Virus record (IMG/VR): IMGVR_UViG_3300045988_146774
Coordinates: 1 to 64,000 of that record
Direction: 5' to 3' (one strand)
DNA length: 64,000 nucleotides
Source of the DNA: a virus
This document shows, piece by piece, positions 1-8,662 of this stretch. The notes below the pieces were generated by a model. That model did no database searches. It was not told where the DNA came from and was given only the letters and a program-made list of their open reading frames with translations. Within the stretch, counting starts at the first letter, position 1; every line of letters begins with the position of its first letter. The position numbers and the translations under genes were made by a program.

Positions 1-1494
1 CGGGAGTATCCCAAAGTTTGTGTAAACCTCCAAACTGATGTAAGATAGAATTACTCAGTTTGGAGGTTTATTTTATGGCAAGAAAAAAGGATTCACCACA
101 AAAAGCAGCGCTTAGAGAACTCATGGGAAACTACCTGAAAGAAAACAATGTAAAAGTAAAAGATGGAACAGATGTTAATTCCATTATGCGGGATATGATG
201 TCTATCATTTTGGAAGGTGCCCTTGATCAGGAACTGGATGAAGAACTGGGATATTCCAAGTATGATTATCGAAATAAAGAAACCGATAATTCCAGGAATG
301 GATATTCCCAGAAAACGTTACATACCAGTTACGGAGATATGGAGATTGATATTCCAAGGGATCGAAAAGGTGACTTCGAACCACAGGTTGTAAAGAAGTA
401 TCAGAATTCGATTACGCAGGACATGGAAGAAAAGATCATTTCCATGTACGCAAAAGGAATGACTACTGCCGATATAGAAAGCCACATGCGTGAATTATAT
501 GATCTTGAGATCTCCGACAGTACTGTCAGCCGGATTACTGATAAGATCCTGCCAATAGTAAAAGAATGGCAGGAAAGGCCATTAGAAAGTGTGTATGCTG
601 TTGTATTTATGGATGCGATCCATTTCCATGCCCGTAATGAGGGGGCGGATTGTAAAACGTGCTGTTTACATTGCGATTGGGATCGATATGGAAGGACGTA
701 AGGATGTCCTCGGAATGTATGTTGGTCAAAATGAAAGTGCCAAGTTCTGGCTCTCCATCCTGAATGGCCTGAAAAACCGGGGTGTAGAAGATATATTGAT
801 TGCGTGTGTGGATGGACTGACCGGTTTTCCACAGGCAATTGAAGCAGTATTTCCCCAGACCGAGATCCAGCAGTGCATCATCCATCAGATCAGGAACACC
901 ACGAAATTTGTTTCTTACAAAGAGATCAAACCACTTATGGCAGATCTGAAGCGTGTATATGCAGCTCCTACAGAAGAAGTTGCATTGGCAGAACTGGACA
1001 GCTTTGACGAAAAATGGAGCGGGAAATACCCTAAGATTGCAAAGTCATGGAAAGATAACTGGGCAAATCTTTCAACGTATTTTAAGTATCCGGAAGCTGT
1101 CAGACGTCTGATCTATACCACGAACACGATTGAAGGATTTAACCGCCAGCTCCGAAAAGTCACCAAATCCAAGACGGTATTTCCATCCGATGACAGTCTC
1201 TTGAAAATGCTGTATCTGGCCATGATAGATATCACCAAGAAATGGACGGGACACCGTCAGGATTGGGGACAGATCCATTCTCAGCTGGAAATTTTCTTCG
1301 AAGAAAGATTGGAAAGGTTATAAGCAGAATGCATGCTAGGCAGGGCTGGCACAGCCAGTCCTGCTTGACATGCCTTAAAACTGCATTATAATACAAACAA
1401 GGACAGAACCCTGAAAAACAGGTTCTGTCCTCGATAACTAATGACATATCTTATATCAGTTTTTTCTGTTTACACAAAACTTGAAACGCTCTCG
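1..1494 (+). mobile_element. IS256-family insertion sequence; left terminus at or beyond the window start
   Basis: IS256/Mutator-type transposase frames bounded by imperfect terminal inverted repeats (c. 1-55 vs reverse complement of c. 1440-1494; shared AAGTTT(T)GTGTAAAC...AACTGAT(G/A)TAAGATA). Confidence 0.8.
75..1323 (+). pseudogene. IS256-family transposase, frame broken by an extra G in a G5 run (641-645)
   Basis: ORFs 60-701 and 589-1323 join into one transposase (..VFMDAIHFHARNEG / RIVKRAVYIAIGIDMEGRKDVLG..). Deleting one G of GGGGG at 641-645 restores a single frame. SD GGAGG lies 8 nt before the ATG at 75. Confidence 0.85.
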
Positions 1495-1761
1495 ATTCTT
1501 CTTAAAACGTTTTCCCTCAAATACGTCTATGAATCCTATATCATCATTATTACCTTTATCGTCTATGATTATACGCTTTCCATTAATATGATTATTTGCT
1601 TCTTCTTCCGTCATAAACAACCGGCTTTCTTTTAATCGGATAGCTCCACACGATCCAACAGTCTGAATTGTATAGAACTCTCCTTGTCTGCTTATTACTT
1701 TAGCAGCTTTTACAGTTCGACTGTTTTCTACGATGAAACACTTGTCTCCTCGCTCAAACAT
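1456..1761 (-). CDS. hypothetical protein; last ~12 codons read into the IS256 right end
   Basis: SD AAGGTGA before ATG 1761. The ORF crosses the IS boundary near 1494, so the native C-terminus was probably replaced. Confidence 0.6.
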   Translation of the reverse strand: MFERGDKCFIVENSRTVKAAKVISRQGEFYTIQTVGSCGAIRLKESRLFMTEEEANNHINGKRIIIDDKGNNDDIGFIDVFEGKRFKKNRERFKFCVNRKN

Positions 1762-1877
1762 TTATCATCACCTTCTGTCTTTAATATTTCTTTTACTTTT
1801 TCTTTGTCTTCAGAATTAGCCTTCCTATAAGATAAGATAAATTCCATTTCTTCTTCTGACAAATATATTTTATTCAT
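1728..1877 (-). CDS. small hypothetical protein (49 aa)
   Basis: Below the ORF-track cutoff. ATG 1877 has SD AAGGAGA 6 nt upstream, and its start overlaps the stop of the upstream ORF (ATGAATAA). Confidence 0.4.
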   Translation of the reverse strand: MNKIYLSEEEMEFILSYRKANSEDKEKVKEILKTEGDDKCLSEETSVSS

Positions 1878-2028
1878 AGCATTTCTCCTTGATAATCTGT
1901 GTTACTTCTTTTGTAGTTATTCCGTATATCTTTGCCACTTTCTTTTTATCCTGATATTTTCTATAATCTTCTACAACGTCTTCAGATGTCCATTTGTGAT
2001 CAATTGGTTCGTTAATATTTATTTTCAT
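1870..2028 (-). CDS. small hypothetical protein (52 aa), possible helix-turn-helix
   Basis: Below cutoff. The ATG overlaps the recombinase stop (TAATG). The segment KKVAKIYGITTKEVTQIIKE looks HTH-like. Confidence 0.45.
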   Translation of the reverse strand: MKININEPIDHKWTSEDVVEDYRKYQDKKKVAKIYGITTKEVTQIIKEKCYE

Positions 2029-2831
2029 TATTTATCGCCTCCATCATAATTTACAAATCCAAAATCTCCATGACCTTCTTCTACACAAATTTTCTTTATG
2101 TTGTCATAAATTTCTTGATCTGTCACACAAATATAAACTAACGTTATTTCTGGGCTTCCATGCCTAAAAATCCTTTCTAATTGAATTAATGCATCCCATT
2201 TATTATCAGCTGCCATATAATATCTTCTACCAAATGTTTTCCTTAATCCATGTGTTCCTATTTTTTGCTGTATCCCCGCTTCTATTCTATATTCTTCAAC
2301 TATATCATACCACGTCTTTTGTTTTATTGAGTTATTTTTTGAAGTTTGAAAAACATAATTTCTTATATCTATATCTTCCCCATTTTCAAGAAGGAACTGC
2401 CTCCATCGCTCAATTGCTCCTTTAAAATTATCATTATATACTAAGCGAACATATTTCCTTTTTATAATTTCTCCTTTATTATTCTTTTTTGTTGTTTTTT
2501 GCGGAACAAAATCTTCCCCATCTTTAATATTCCAATCTTTATCATAAATTGTAAACCACCTCAATTTACAAAAATCACCACCTCGTAATCCAATATTAAT
2601 TGAACATTGATACATGGTCAAGTTTCTAATCGCTTTTTTCTTTCTTTTATAACTATTCGTAATTTGGATATGTCTTACAAATACATCATTTAACTTAGAA
2701 ACCTCTTTGTCATTATAAAGACATTCCATTCTTGTCGATTTATAATTCCAAGGTTCATTATAACCAGGGAAATTTACAATATTGTCAATATTATCATAAT
2801 AATCCTTTTGAACTGCTAACATTCTTCTCAC
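2028..2831 (-). CDS. compact tyrosine recombinase (phage integrase family)
   Basis: Catalytic signature read by eye: GLRGGDFCKLRW (Arg I), QKTTKK (Lys), THGLRKTF (HxxR), RHGSPEITLVYI (His/Tyr). The protein is 267 aa with only a short N-terminal region. Confidence 0.75.
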   Translation of the reverse strand: MRRMLAVQKDYYDNIDNIVNFPGYNEPWNYKSTRMECLYNDKEVSKLNDVFVRHIQITNSYKRKKKAIRNLTMYQCSINIGLRGGDFCKLRWFTIYDKDWNIKDGEDFVPQKTTKKNNKGEIIKRKYVRLVYNDNFKGAIERWRQFLLENGEDIDIRNYVFQTSKNNSIKQKTWYDIVEEYRIEAGIQQKIGTHGLRKTFGRRYYMAADNKWDALIQLERIFRHGSPEITLVYICVTDQEIYDNIKKICVEEGHGDFGFVNYDGGDK

Positions 2832-2974
2832 CCATCTTCCATTCTAAATATTCCCAAACTTCCATTCGCCTGACTTCTTTCTCCTGAACATCCGGATTCT
2901 TTTCATCAATCTTTTTGCACATATCTATCACTTCCTTTCCTATTATTTATTCTCCAAACACCTATTTTTAAGTA

Positions 2975-3011
2975 ACAAAAAAGACAACTAACTTTTTACA
3001 GTTAATTGCCT
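2975..3011 (-). terminator. intrinsic terminator-like hairpin
   Basis: Imperfect 12-bp stem (2982-2993 / 3000-3011) followed by a T-run on the minus strand, just after the stop of 3032-3445. Confidence 0.5.
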
Positions 3012-3031
3012 TAAAGCTGCATTATTTAATT

Positions 3032-3445
3032 TTACTTTTGTTCCCACCAATGTCTTGGATCAACACAGGCAAAGGCGAAAGCTTCTCCACCATCAAAACT
3101 CTCATCCTCATCTTCAAATTTCCAATCTAATATTCCGTAGAATACACCATCAAGTAAATCATTCTGAAATTCAGAAGACATATTTGTGTATTCACTTGTG
3201 AAGAGATTCACAAGTTGTTTTTTCAACAACTCCGGTTGTTTTGCTAAAACAATTCTTGACAGTTCTGCTCTCTTTTTTGTCTGTGTTTCTGAAGACCATT
3301 TTGTTCCATTAAGTATTCTATTCGCCCACAAACCGCAAATATAATACCATTCTTCCATAGTGTTACATCCAAATTCTTTCTTTACAGCTTGTTCAGAAAT
3401 TCTCTTCTGTACATCATCTGCCATAATTCCCATTGATGATTTCAT
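3032..3445 (-). CDS. hypothetical protein
   Basis: 137-aa ORF with SD AGGAGG 8 nt upstream of the ATG. Confidence 0.7.
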   Translation of the reverse strand: MKSSMGIMADDVQKRISEQAVKKEFGCNTMEEWYYICGLWANRILNGTKWSSETQTKKRAELSRIVLAKQPELLKKQLVNLFTSEYTNMSSEFQNDLLDGVFYGILDWKFEDEDESFDGGEAFAFACVDPRHWWEQK

Positions 3446-3567
3446 ATCAAAATCCTCCTAAAATATATTCCGTTTCCGGTGCATCTTATGCTACTGTTTA
3501 TCATTTTGACAGATGATCTTTCTTTTATATTACATCATTCTAAGAAGAAATGCCAGTTTCATCAGCC

Positions 3568-3777
3568 TTACAAAACACCATTTTTCTTAGCAATTGCATT
3601 AAATTGCTTTAAAAACTCCTCAAATACAAAATCCGGCTCAAGATACCTTGAATTTGCCTTATTTATAAGAGTTTTATAGGTATATTCTGCCTCATCTTTG
3701 ATAAGTTCCCTTTCAAAATTAATATCAAATTTTTCTATCATTTTTCCTCTTTTCTGTTGAAATATTGATTTCATCAA
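3568..3777 (-). CDS. hypothetical protein
   Basis: 69-aa ORF. An internal start at 3741 (MIEKF..) has a better SD (AAGAGGA). Confidence 0.55.
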   Translation of the reverse strand: MMKSIFQQKRGKMIEKFDINFERELIKDEAEYTYKTLINKANSRYLEPDFVFEEFLKQFNAIAKKNGVL

Positions 3778-3784
3778 TCGAATT

Positions 3785-3988
3785 CTATCGATTCAAAAAC
3801 CTTTCCATTTCATCAAGAGTATATTCTATCGATTTTCTAAGGTCTTTTACGCACCCTTTGCCTCTTTCAGTTTCATATCCAAGCCTAAGAACTTCTGATA
3901 TTGTATTAATGATTTTATTGTCAATCTCATTTCCTTTATTCATTAGAATATTTACGACTTCATTTGTTGTCATTTCTGATTTACTCAT
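3785..3988 (-). CDS. hypothetical protein
   Basis: 67-aa ORF with SD AAGGTGG upstream. Confidence 0.65.
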   Translation of the reverse strand: MSKSEMTTNEVVNILMNKGNEIDNKIINTISEVLRLGYETERGKGCVKDLRKSIEYTLDEMERFLNR

Positions 3989-4003
3989 AAAATACCACCT
4001 TTT

Positions 4004-4147
4004 CTACATTATAGGTTCATACCAAACCAGATATTTCACTTCACCTGAAAACTGGCTCTCAATCTTCCTCCAACTTTTCTTTCGTTTTCCAAGAGCAAAA
4101 ATACATTTTTCTGCCTTTTCTTGTGTGTTAAATGTTACAAGCTGCAT
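4004..4147 (-). CDS. small hypothetical protein (47 aa)
   Basis: Below cutoff. SD AGAGGTGG; the ATG directly follows the stop of 4148-4366. Confidence 0.5.
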   Translation of the reverse strand: MQLVTFNTQEKAEKCIFALGKRKKSWRKIESQFSGEVKYLVWYEPIM

Positions 4148-4366
4148 TTAATCCACCTCTTTCCTATAATTAACTATTCCAATCTGACTTCCCTGCGTCA
4201 AAACAATTTTCTTTTCCTCGCCATATTCCCAGTCATCAACCATAAGTTCATCTACACCATCAAGTTCTGTAGCAAAATTAGAACCATGTGTCTGAATCAT
4301 TCCAATACATACCGGAAGATCTTCATCATAATCTTCTAATAAACTTTTTAATTCTCCCGCTGTCAT
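4148..4366 (-). CDS. hypothetical protein
   Basis: Start overlaps the upstream stop (TAATG), indicating translational coupling. Confidence 0.65.
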   Translation of the reverse strand: MTAGELKSLLEDYDEDLPVCIGMIQTHGSNFATELDGVDELMVDDWEYGEEKKIVLTQGSQIGIVNYRKEVD

Positions 4367-4572
4367 TATAATATCACTCCATTTGAAATGTCTGATTTAT
4401 TATTTTCAACTTTGTCTCTTATCATATCTATACACTCAAATACCATGTCTTCTGGAATTTTATTAGCTATTTCTTCTACATTATCTGATGTAGCACCAAT
4501 ACAATAGGCAATACAGCAAGCCATTTCACTACACATCTCGACTGGATGTATTTTAATTTTATCTATTTCCAT
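4366..4572 (-). CDS. hypothetical protein
   Basis: 68-aa ORF with SD GAGGAA upstream. Confidence 0.65.
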   Translation of the reverse strand: MEIDKIKIHPVEMCSEMACCIAYCIGATSDNVEEIANKIPEDMVFECIDMIRDKVENNKSDISNGVIL

Positions 4573-4596
4573 AATATATTCCTCATGAAAACAATT

Positions 4597-5130
4597 TTAT
4601 CTATCCAAATATTTTACAGGTACTTCTTTAGTAAGCCAAACATTATTTACAGACAAGAAAAATTTATACCCATCTTTATACATTTGACCTGCGTTTACTT
4701 GATATACAATTTCTTTTCCATGTCTTTTACCAACCTGTTCTGCTGTAGTTATATCTTTTGAGAGATGAACATACAGCCGACTTTTTGGAATTAATCCAAT
4801 CTTATCAATTGATTCAGTATACTTCTCTCCAGTTCCGTGATACAAGAATTCCGGTGGACACTTCTCTTCTAATTCTACATCCACAGGAATAGAATGTCCT
4901 TGATTGGCACGAATTAATGTCATGTCATCATTGAAAGAATAACGCTGTTTGTTGTCTGTCTTCACAATTTCTTCCAACAATTCAAAATTAAATCCATGAT
5001 TATCTTTTTCAATTCCACTTATCAAGTCATTTACATTCGCCCATCCATGCTCATCAAGTTCAATTCCAATAACATCTGGTTTGTGTCTTAGAATTAAACT
5101 CATATATTTACTAATATTATTTAAATCCAT
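4597..5130 (-). CDS. kptA: RNA 2'-phosphotransferase, Tpt1/KptA family
   Basis: Aligns end to end by eye with E. coli KptA: [52 protein letters not shown]. The catalytic R-H-R-R tetrad context is present. Confidence 0.9.
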   Translation of the reverse strand: MDLNNISKYMSLILRHKPDVIGIELDEHGWANVNDLISGIEKDNHGFNFELLEEIVKTDNKQRYSFNDDMTLIRANQGHSIPVDVELEEKCPPEFLYHGTGEKYTESIDKIGLIPKSRLYVHLSKDITTAEQVGKRHGKEIVYQVNAGQMYKDGYKFFLSVNNVWLTKEVPVKYLDR

Positions 5131-5143
5131 TTATATTTTCCTT

Positions 5144-5506
5144 TCAAATATCTGTTCCATTAAATTCTAAATATGGATTATCTTTCAGACGTTTATCACA
5201 TCCCTTTGCCAAAAGAAACTGTTTCCATTTCCATAATTCTTTATCAGTAAGTGAGAAGTCATGAGTCGTGATTCCTTCTTCTCCAAACGCCGGAACTGTA
5301 AGATCCAAGATATCTGGAATGTCAGGATATTCTTCCATAATATAAATATCACACGAAATCTGATTAAATTGTGGATCTCTTATGATGTTATCAATTTTAG
5401 TAGTATGTGGGAAGATATCTTTGATAATATATTTAATTTCATCATCTGTTAAATCCATAAACTCTCTATATACCATTTCTTCCTCCGTTTGAAAACAATC
5501 TTTCAT
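5144..5506 (-). CDS. hypothetical protein
   Basis: 120-aa ORF with SD AAGGAA upstream. Confidence 0.65.
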   Translation of the reverse strand: MKDCFQTEEEMVYREFMDLTDDEIKYIIKDIFPHTTKIDNIIRDPQFNQISCDIYIMEEYPDIPDILDLTVPAFGEEGITTHDFSLTDKELWKWKQFLLAKGCDKRLKDNPYLEFNGTDI

Positions 5507-5512
5507 TGTTCC

Positions 5513-5767
5513 TTATATGTTCATATTTTTATAGCATATCATTGCTTCGTCCAAATTTAAGAATCTCCCAATATATTCTACATCACTCCTATGGTTATCT
5601 CGTTCAATGGCAAGTCTGACTTTATTCTCAGATTTGTCAAAGACGTAATCACCAATACAATAAGTAAAATTATTCCCTAGCTCTCGTGATCCGCAGTTAT
5701 TGCAATAATATGATTTCTCTTTTTCATCATACCGGACATCTCTATTTCCACAATCCAAACAAACCAT
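5513..5767 (-). CDS. zinc-ribbon protein
   Basis: CLDCGN...CNNCG motif pair. ATG 5767 is preferred over TTG 5773 by GAGGA spacing. Confidence 0.65.
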   Translation of the reverse strand: MVCLDCGNRDVRYDEKEKSYYCNNCGSRELGNNFTYCIGDYVFDKSENKVRLAIERDNHRSDVEYIGRFLNLDEAMICYKNMNI

Positions 5768-5769
5768 AA

Positions 5770-5919
5770 TCAATCCTCGTTAATATATTTTTCTTTAATA
5801 TCGTTGATTGCACATCTATATCCATTTTCATTAGCTTCAAAATCATCATGGAATAATGAATTAGAAAGCTGTTCTTCCAGATATTGTACAATCTCCTGTG
5901 CTTTCCATTTTTCTACCAA
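5770..5919 (-). CDS. small hypothetical protein (49 aa, TTG start)
   Basis: Below cutoff. SD GAGGTGA lies 5 nt before TTG 5919, and the stop sits next to the following ATG. Confidence 0.4.
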   Translation of the reverse strand: MVEKWKAQEIVQYLEEQLSNSLFHDDFEANENGYRCAINDIKEKYINED

Positions 5920-5930
5920 TATTATCACCT

Positions 5931-6278
5931 CTATTCAAGTTTCGTTAAACATTCTGGCTCAAACCAATACCAACCAAATTTACTATGTTTATTATATTTA
6001 TTGTCAATAATTATACCAATTTTATTTCCCGAAATTCCAGCGATTCTTCCTTCCAAACCTATCAAATCCGGATATTCACTCTCAATAGATAATTCTCTTC
6101 TTGGAGTAGACATAATTTTTATTTTTCCTTGATATATGAAATCTCTGACAGTAAGCTCATATTCATTCCCTTGACAATGGCTCTTGCAGTATTTACAAGA
6201 AAAATACTTGCAGTTTTTACAAGTATCTTTACATTCTTCACTGCAAAATTTTATACAATTCATAGATTTACAAGCCAT
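5931..6278 (-). CDS. Cys-rich hypothetical protein
   Basis: N-terminal 35 aa carry 10 Cys (CIKFCSEECKDTCKNCKYFSCKYCKSHC). Confidence 0.65.
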   Translation of the reverse strand: MACKSMNCIKFCSEECKDTCKNCKYFSCKYCKSHCQGNEYELTVRDFIYQGKIKIMSTPRRELSIESEYPDLIGLEGRIAGISGNKIGIIIDNKYNKHSKFGWYWFEPECLTKLE

Positions 6279-6280
6279 GA

Positions 6281-6583
6281 TTACACCGTCATTTCAAATT
6301 CATAAAAATCAAATTCATCATATAGTTGCCATTTATTATCACCGAGATACAAAACATCAATATCTCTCATTCCTCTTGTTAAGTATAATTGATCTCGCTT
6401 TCCATTTACAATCTCTTTCATTCTATTAAGAATTAATTCTGGTGGTTGATCTACCCGAATCGGCATACTTCCAACACCCTTTGAATCTTTCCAATGTAAG
6501 ACAAATAAATTTTCGCCTTTAACCCTTTTTATTCCGTCTAAAGTACAATCATAAACTTTCGGTCTATATCCCATGTTACTCAT
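6281..6583 (-). CDS. hypothetical protein
   Basis: Start placed at ATG 6583 (MSNMGY..; SD GAGGATGAG). The longest ORF to 6652 would overlap the upstream gene by 59 nt. Confidence 0.6.
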   Translation of the reverse strand: MSNMGYRPKVYDCTLDGIKRVKGENLFVLHWKDSKGVGSMPIRVDQPPELILNRMKEIVNGKRDQLYLTRGMRDIDVLYLGDNKWQLYDEFDFYEFEMTV

Positions 6584-6593
6584 ATTCTCATCC

Positions 6594-6830
6594 TCATTTT
6601 GCCAACTTATAATATTTTTCAACCACACGTTCTGCCTGATCCCATGCTCCATTACTCACATCTTTATACGATTCTGCATTTGCAATTATTTCCCAAACAC
6701 TCATATCTCCGGGATGCATTTTCTCACAAGCATAATCAAAATTCTTTCTTCTCACTGCTTTTATTTGTTTATCTTGCCATTTTTTAAGTTGATTATTTAA
6801 CTCATTCTCTTCTTGTATTGAATAACCCAT
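6594..6830 (-). CDS. hypothetical protein
   Basis: Start at ATG 6830 (MGYSIQ..; SD GGAGA 8 nt upstream). The longest ORF extends to 6845. Confidence 0.6.
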   Translation of the reverse strand: MGYSIQEENELNNQLKKWQDKQIKAVRRKNFDYACEKMHPGDMSVWEIIANAESYKDVSNGAWDQAERVVEKYYKLAK

Positions 6831-6866
6831 TATATAATTCTCCATGAAAGCAATTTTTCATTTACC

Positions 6867-7400
6867 TTATAACTTTTCAATCATCTGTTTTACTCGTTCA
6901 ATCTCTTCGTTTGTATGTGGCGTTCCACCAGCATTCATATCAACATACCACTGAAGAACTTCCTTTTCGGTTTTGAGATCGTTTACATTGAAGATTAGGT
7001 CTACACTGAGAGGAATCTTATCTTCAAAATCTTTATAGTAACTGTCAAAAACTTTAATTTCATTTTTTAAGAATTTAGTTACTGCTGTAATTCTCTGTAA
7101 ACCATCAACACATACAAAATCATCGTATCCATTAATAGGTTTAACCATCTGCCAACTTGGTTTATTAAAATAAATTACCTTTGCTGATTTTCCTCCACGT
7201 AGTAAAAATTCAACATATGCAATTTGTTGAATTTCTGTCCATACATGTCCACGTTGAAAATTAGGATTTAATTGTAAATGATAATATTCATCTTCTTCCC
7301 ATTCTGAAAGCGTTTTTAAAATATGAGTTAATGGAATATTAGTATTGTACGTTCCTGCTCTTGTCAATTGAGGAATGTCTTTAAATCTTGTTATTTTCAT
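6867..7400 (-). CDS. DUF262 (GmrSD N-terminal / ParB-superfamily) domain protein
   Basis: FQRGHVWTEIQQIAYVEFLL and VDGLQRITA match the DUF262 QR...W and DGQQR motifs. SD AGGTGA upstream. Confidence 0.8.
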   Translation of the reverse strand: MKITRFKDIPQLTRAGTYNTNIPLTHILKTLSEWEEDEYYHLQLNPNFQRGHVWTEIQQIAYVEFLLRGGKSAKVIYFNKPSWQMVKPINGYDDFVCVDGLQRITAVTKFLKNEIKVFDSYYKDFEDKIPLSVDLIFNVNDLKTEKEVLQWYVDMNAGGTPHTNEEIERVKQMIEKL

Positions 7401-7444
7401 CTATATCACCTGCTTTCCATAACCATGAAATCGTCATTTCTTTA

Positions 7445-7903
7445 TTATATAGCTTCCCACAATAAGTCATCTGTTTTCCCTTGTAAATATTCAAGCACAT
7501 CAGCTCGACCACCATATCTACAATGAATTTCTGTCAGTTTGCCTTGGTCATATAACCATCTTGCTGCTGCATATCTATGCCAGCCATCTACAATAATTGG
7601 TTGTGGAAGAATAAAATTACCACTGCATTCATTATCAATCTCAATATCTCTTATTTCCATTGGATGATTAATAAAATAAATTATTCTTCCAATATGCCAT
7701 TCTCTTGATCTCTGTTCTAACACTGGATGTTCCCATGTATCTCCATATGGATCAGGTATTTCTGGAACGGGTTCGTATATTGCAACCGAGATATCATCCA
7801 GATCAATTTCTCCTGTTTCATCCCAAGACCAATGTTCGGTTGGTAAAAATTCAATCAGTCGGTCAATCCTGATGATATCTCCATTATATTTGTCTAAATC
7901 CAT
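7445..7903 (-). CDS. ParB/sulfiredoxin-fold (ParB-like nuclease domain) protein
   Basis: IIVDGWHRYAAARW resembles the ParB N-terminal DGHHR box. SD AGGTGG upstream. Confidence 0.7.
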   Translation of the reverse strand: MDLDKYNGDIIRIDRLIEFLPTEHWSWDETGEIDLDDISVAIYEPVPEIPDPYGDTWEHPVLEQRSREWHIGRIIYFINHPMEIRDIEIDNECSGNFILPQPIIVDGWHRYAAARWLYDQGKLTEIHCRYGGRADVLEYLQGKTDDLLWEAI

Positions 7904-7912
7904 TTATACCAC

Positions 7913-8233
7913 CTATTCCAATCTTTCAAGTAAATCATTCTTTACTTCAATTATCGTATTCAACCTACCTTTAATCTGTAAATCATATGGACTATCAGTA
8001 TTTTTTAATAAATTCTCAAGCTTATCAATTCCTGTATCAAGCTCACCAATATATTCTTTTATTCTTTCTCTCATATCTGGTTTGTCGCCAAATCTTTTCG
8101 TTTCCGTATAATAGGTAAGATTACCACAATACTGTAAAGCTGCAATCGCTTTCTCAAAAGCTCTCTGTTCAGCCGGACTTGTATGTTGTTTTGATATATC
8201 TTCTATTATTGCTATTGCCTGTCTATTTTTCAA
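7913..8233 (-). CDS. hypothetical protein
   Basis: TTG 8233 sits 6 nt after GGAGG. The longest ORF (TTG 8266) has no SD and abuts the tRNA-like element. Confidence 0.55.
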   Translation of the reverse strand: MKNRQAIAIIEDISKQHTSPAEQRAFEKAIAALQYCGNLTYYTETKRFGDKPDMRERIKEYIGELDTGIDKLENLLKNTDSPYDLQIKGRLNTIIEVKNDLLERLE

Positions 8234-8273
8234 AGCAATACCTCCACTATGAAAGTTAAATTTCAAAGTAAAT

Positions 8274-8383
8274 TGTGGGTGATGGGACTCGAACCCATTC
8301 TTACTTTTGTCAGCCTGGTTACTGATTTACGAGACTTGAACTCGTTTGCTATCGTCATAGCAGCTCCTATATTAGCTACCCAC
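8274..8383 (-). tRNA. atypical 110-nt tRNA-like element (anticodon-like loop CAA)
   Basis: 6-bp acceptor pairing GTGGGT/ACCCAC. Canonical T-arm ATGGG-TTCGAGT-CCCAT. Arm ACGAG-TTCAAGT-CTCGT has U33 and G37. About 13 extra nt lie in the D region and about 15 in the variable region. Confidence 0.4.
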
Positions 8384-8414
8384 ATAATAACAAGGAAATT
8401 AATTTACTTGAGTT

Positions 8415-8624
8415 TTATATTTTTATTATTTCTGGTATTGCATCATTATTTATTAATGCATTTATTAATGTATTTTTATCTCTAAATTTCTTTATATTAG
8501 AAGTTCTCTGTATTCCGTCAATAAATCTTCGTTCTACTTCTTTTCTATCATAAGCAATCCCATTATTATTTCCACATAATAATAATTCTGGTAATTGTAC
8601 AAATAACCGAATTTCTTTCTCCAT
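8415..8624 (-). CDS. hypothetical protein
   Basis: 69-aa ORF with SD AAAGGA upstream. Confidence 0.65.
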   Translation of the reverse strand: MEKEIRLFVQLPELLLCGNNNGIAYDRKEVERRFIDGIQRTSNIKKFRDKNTLINALINNDAIPEIIKI

Positions 8625-8662
8625 AATATTATCCTTTCTTTTTAAAACCTAGATTTCATCAC

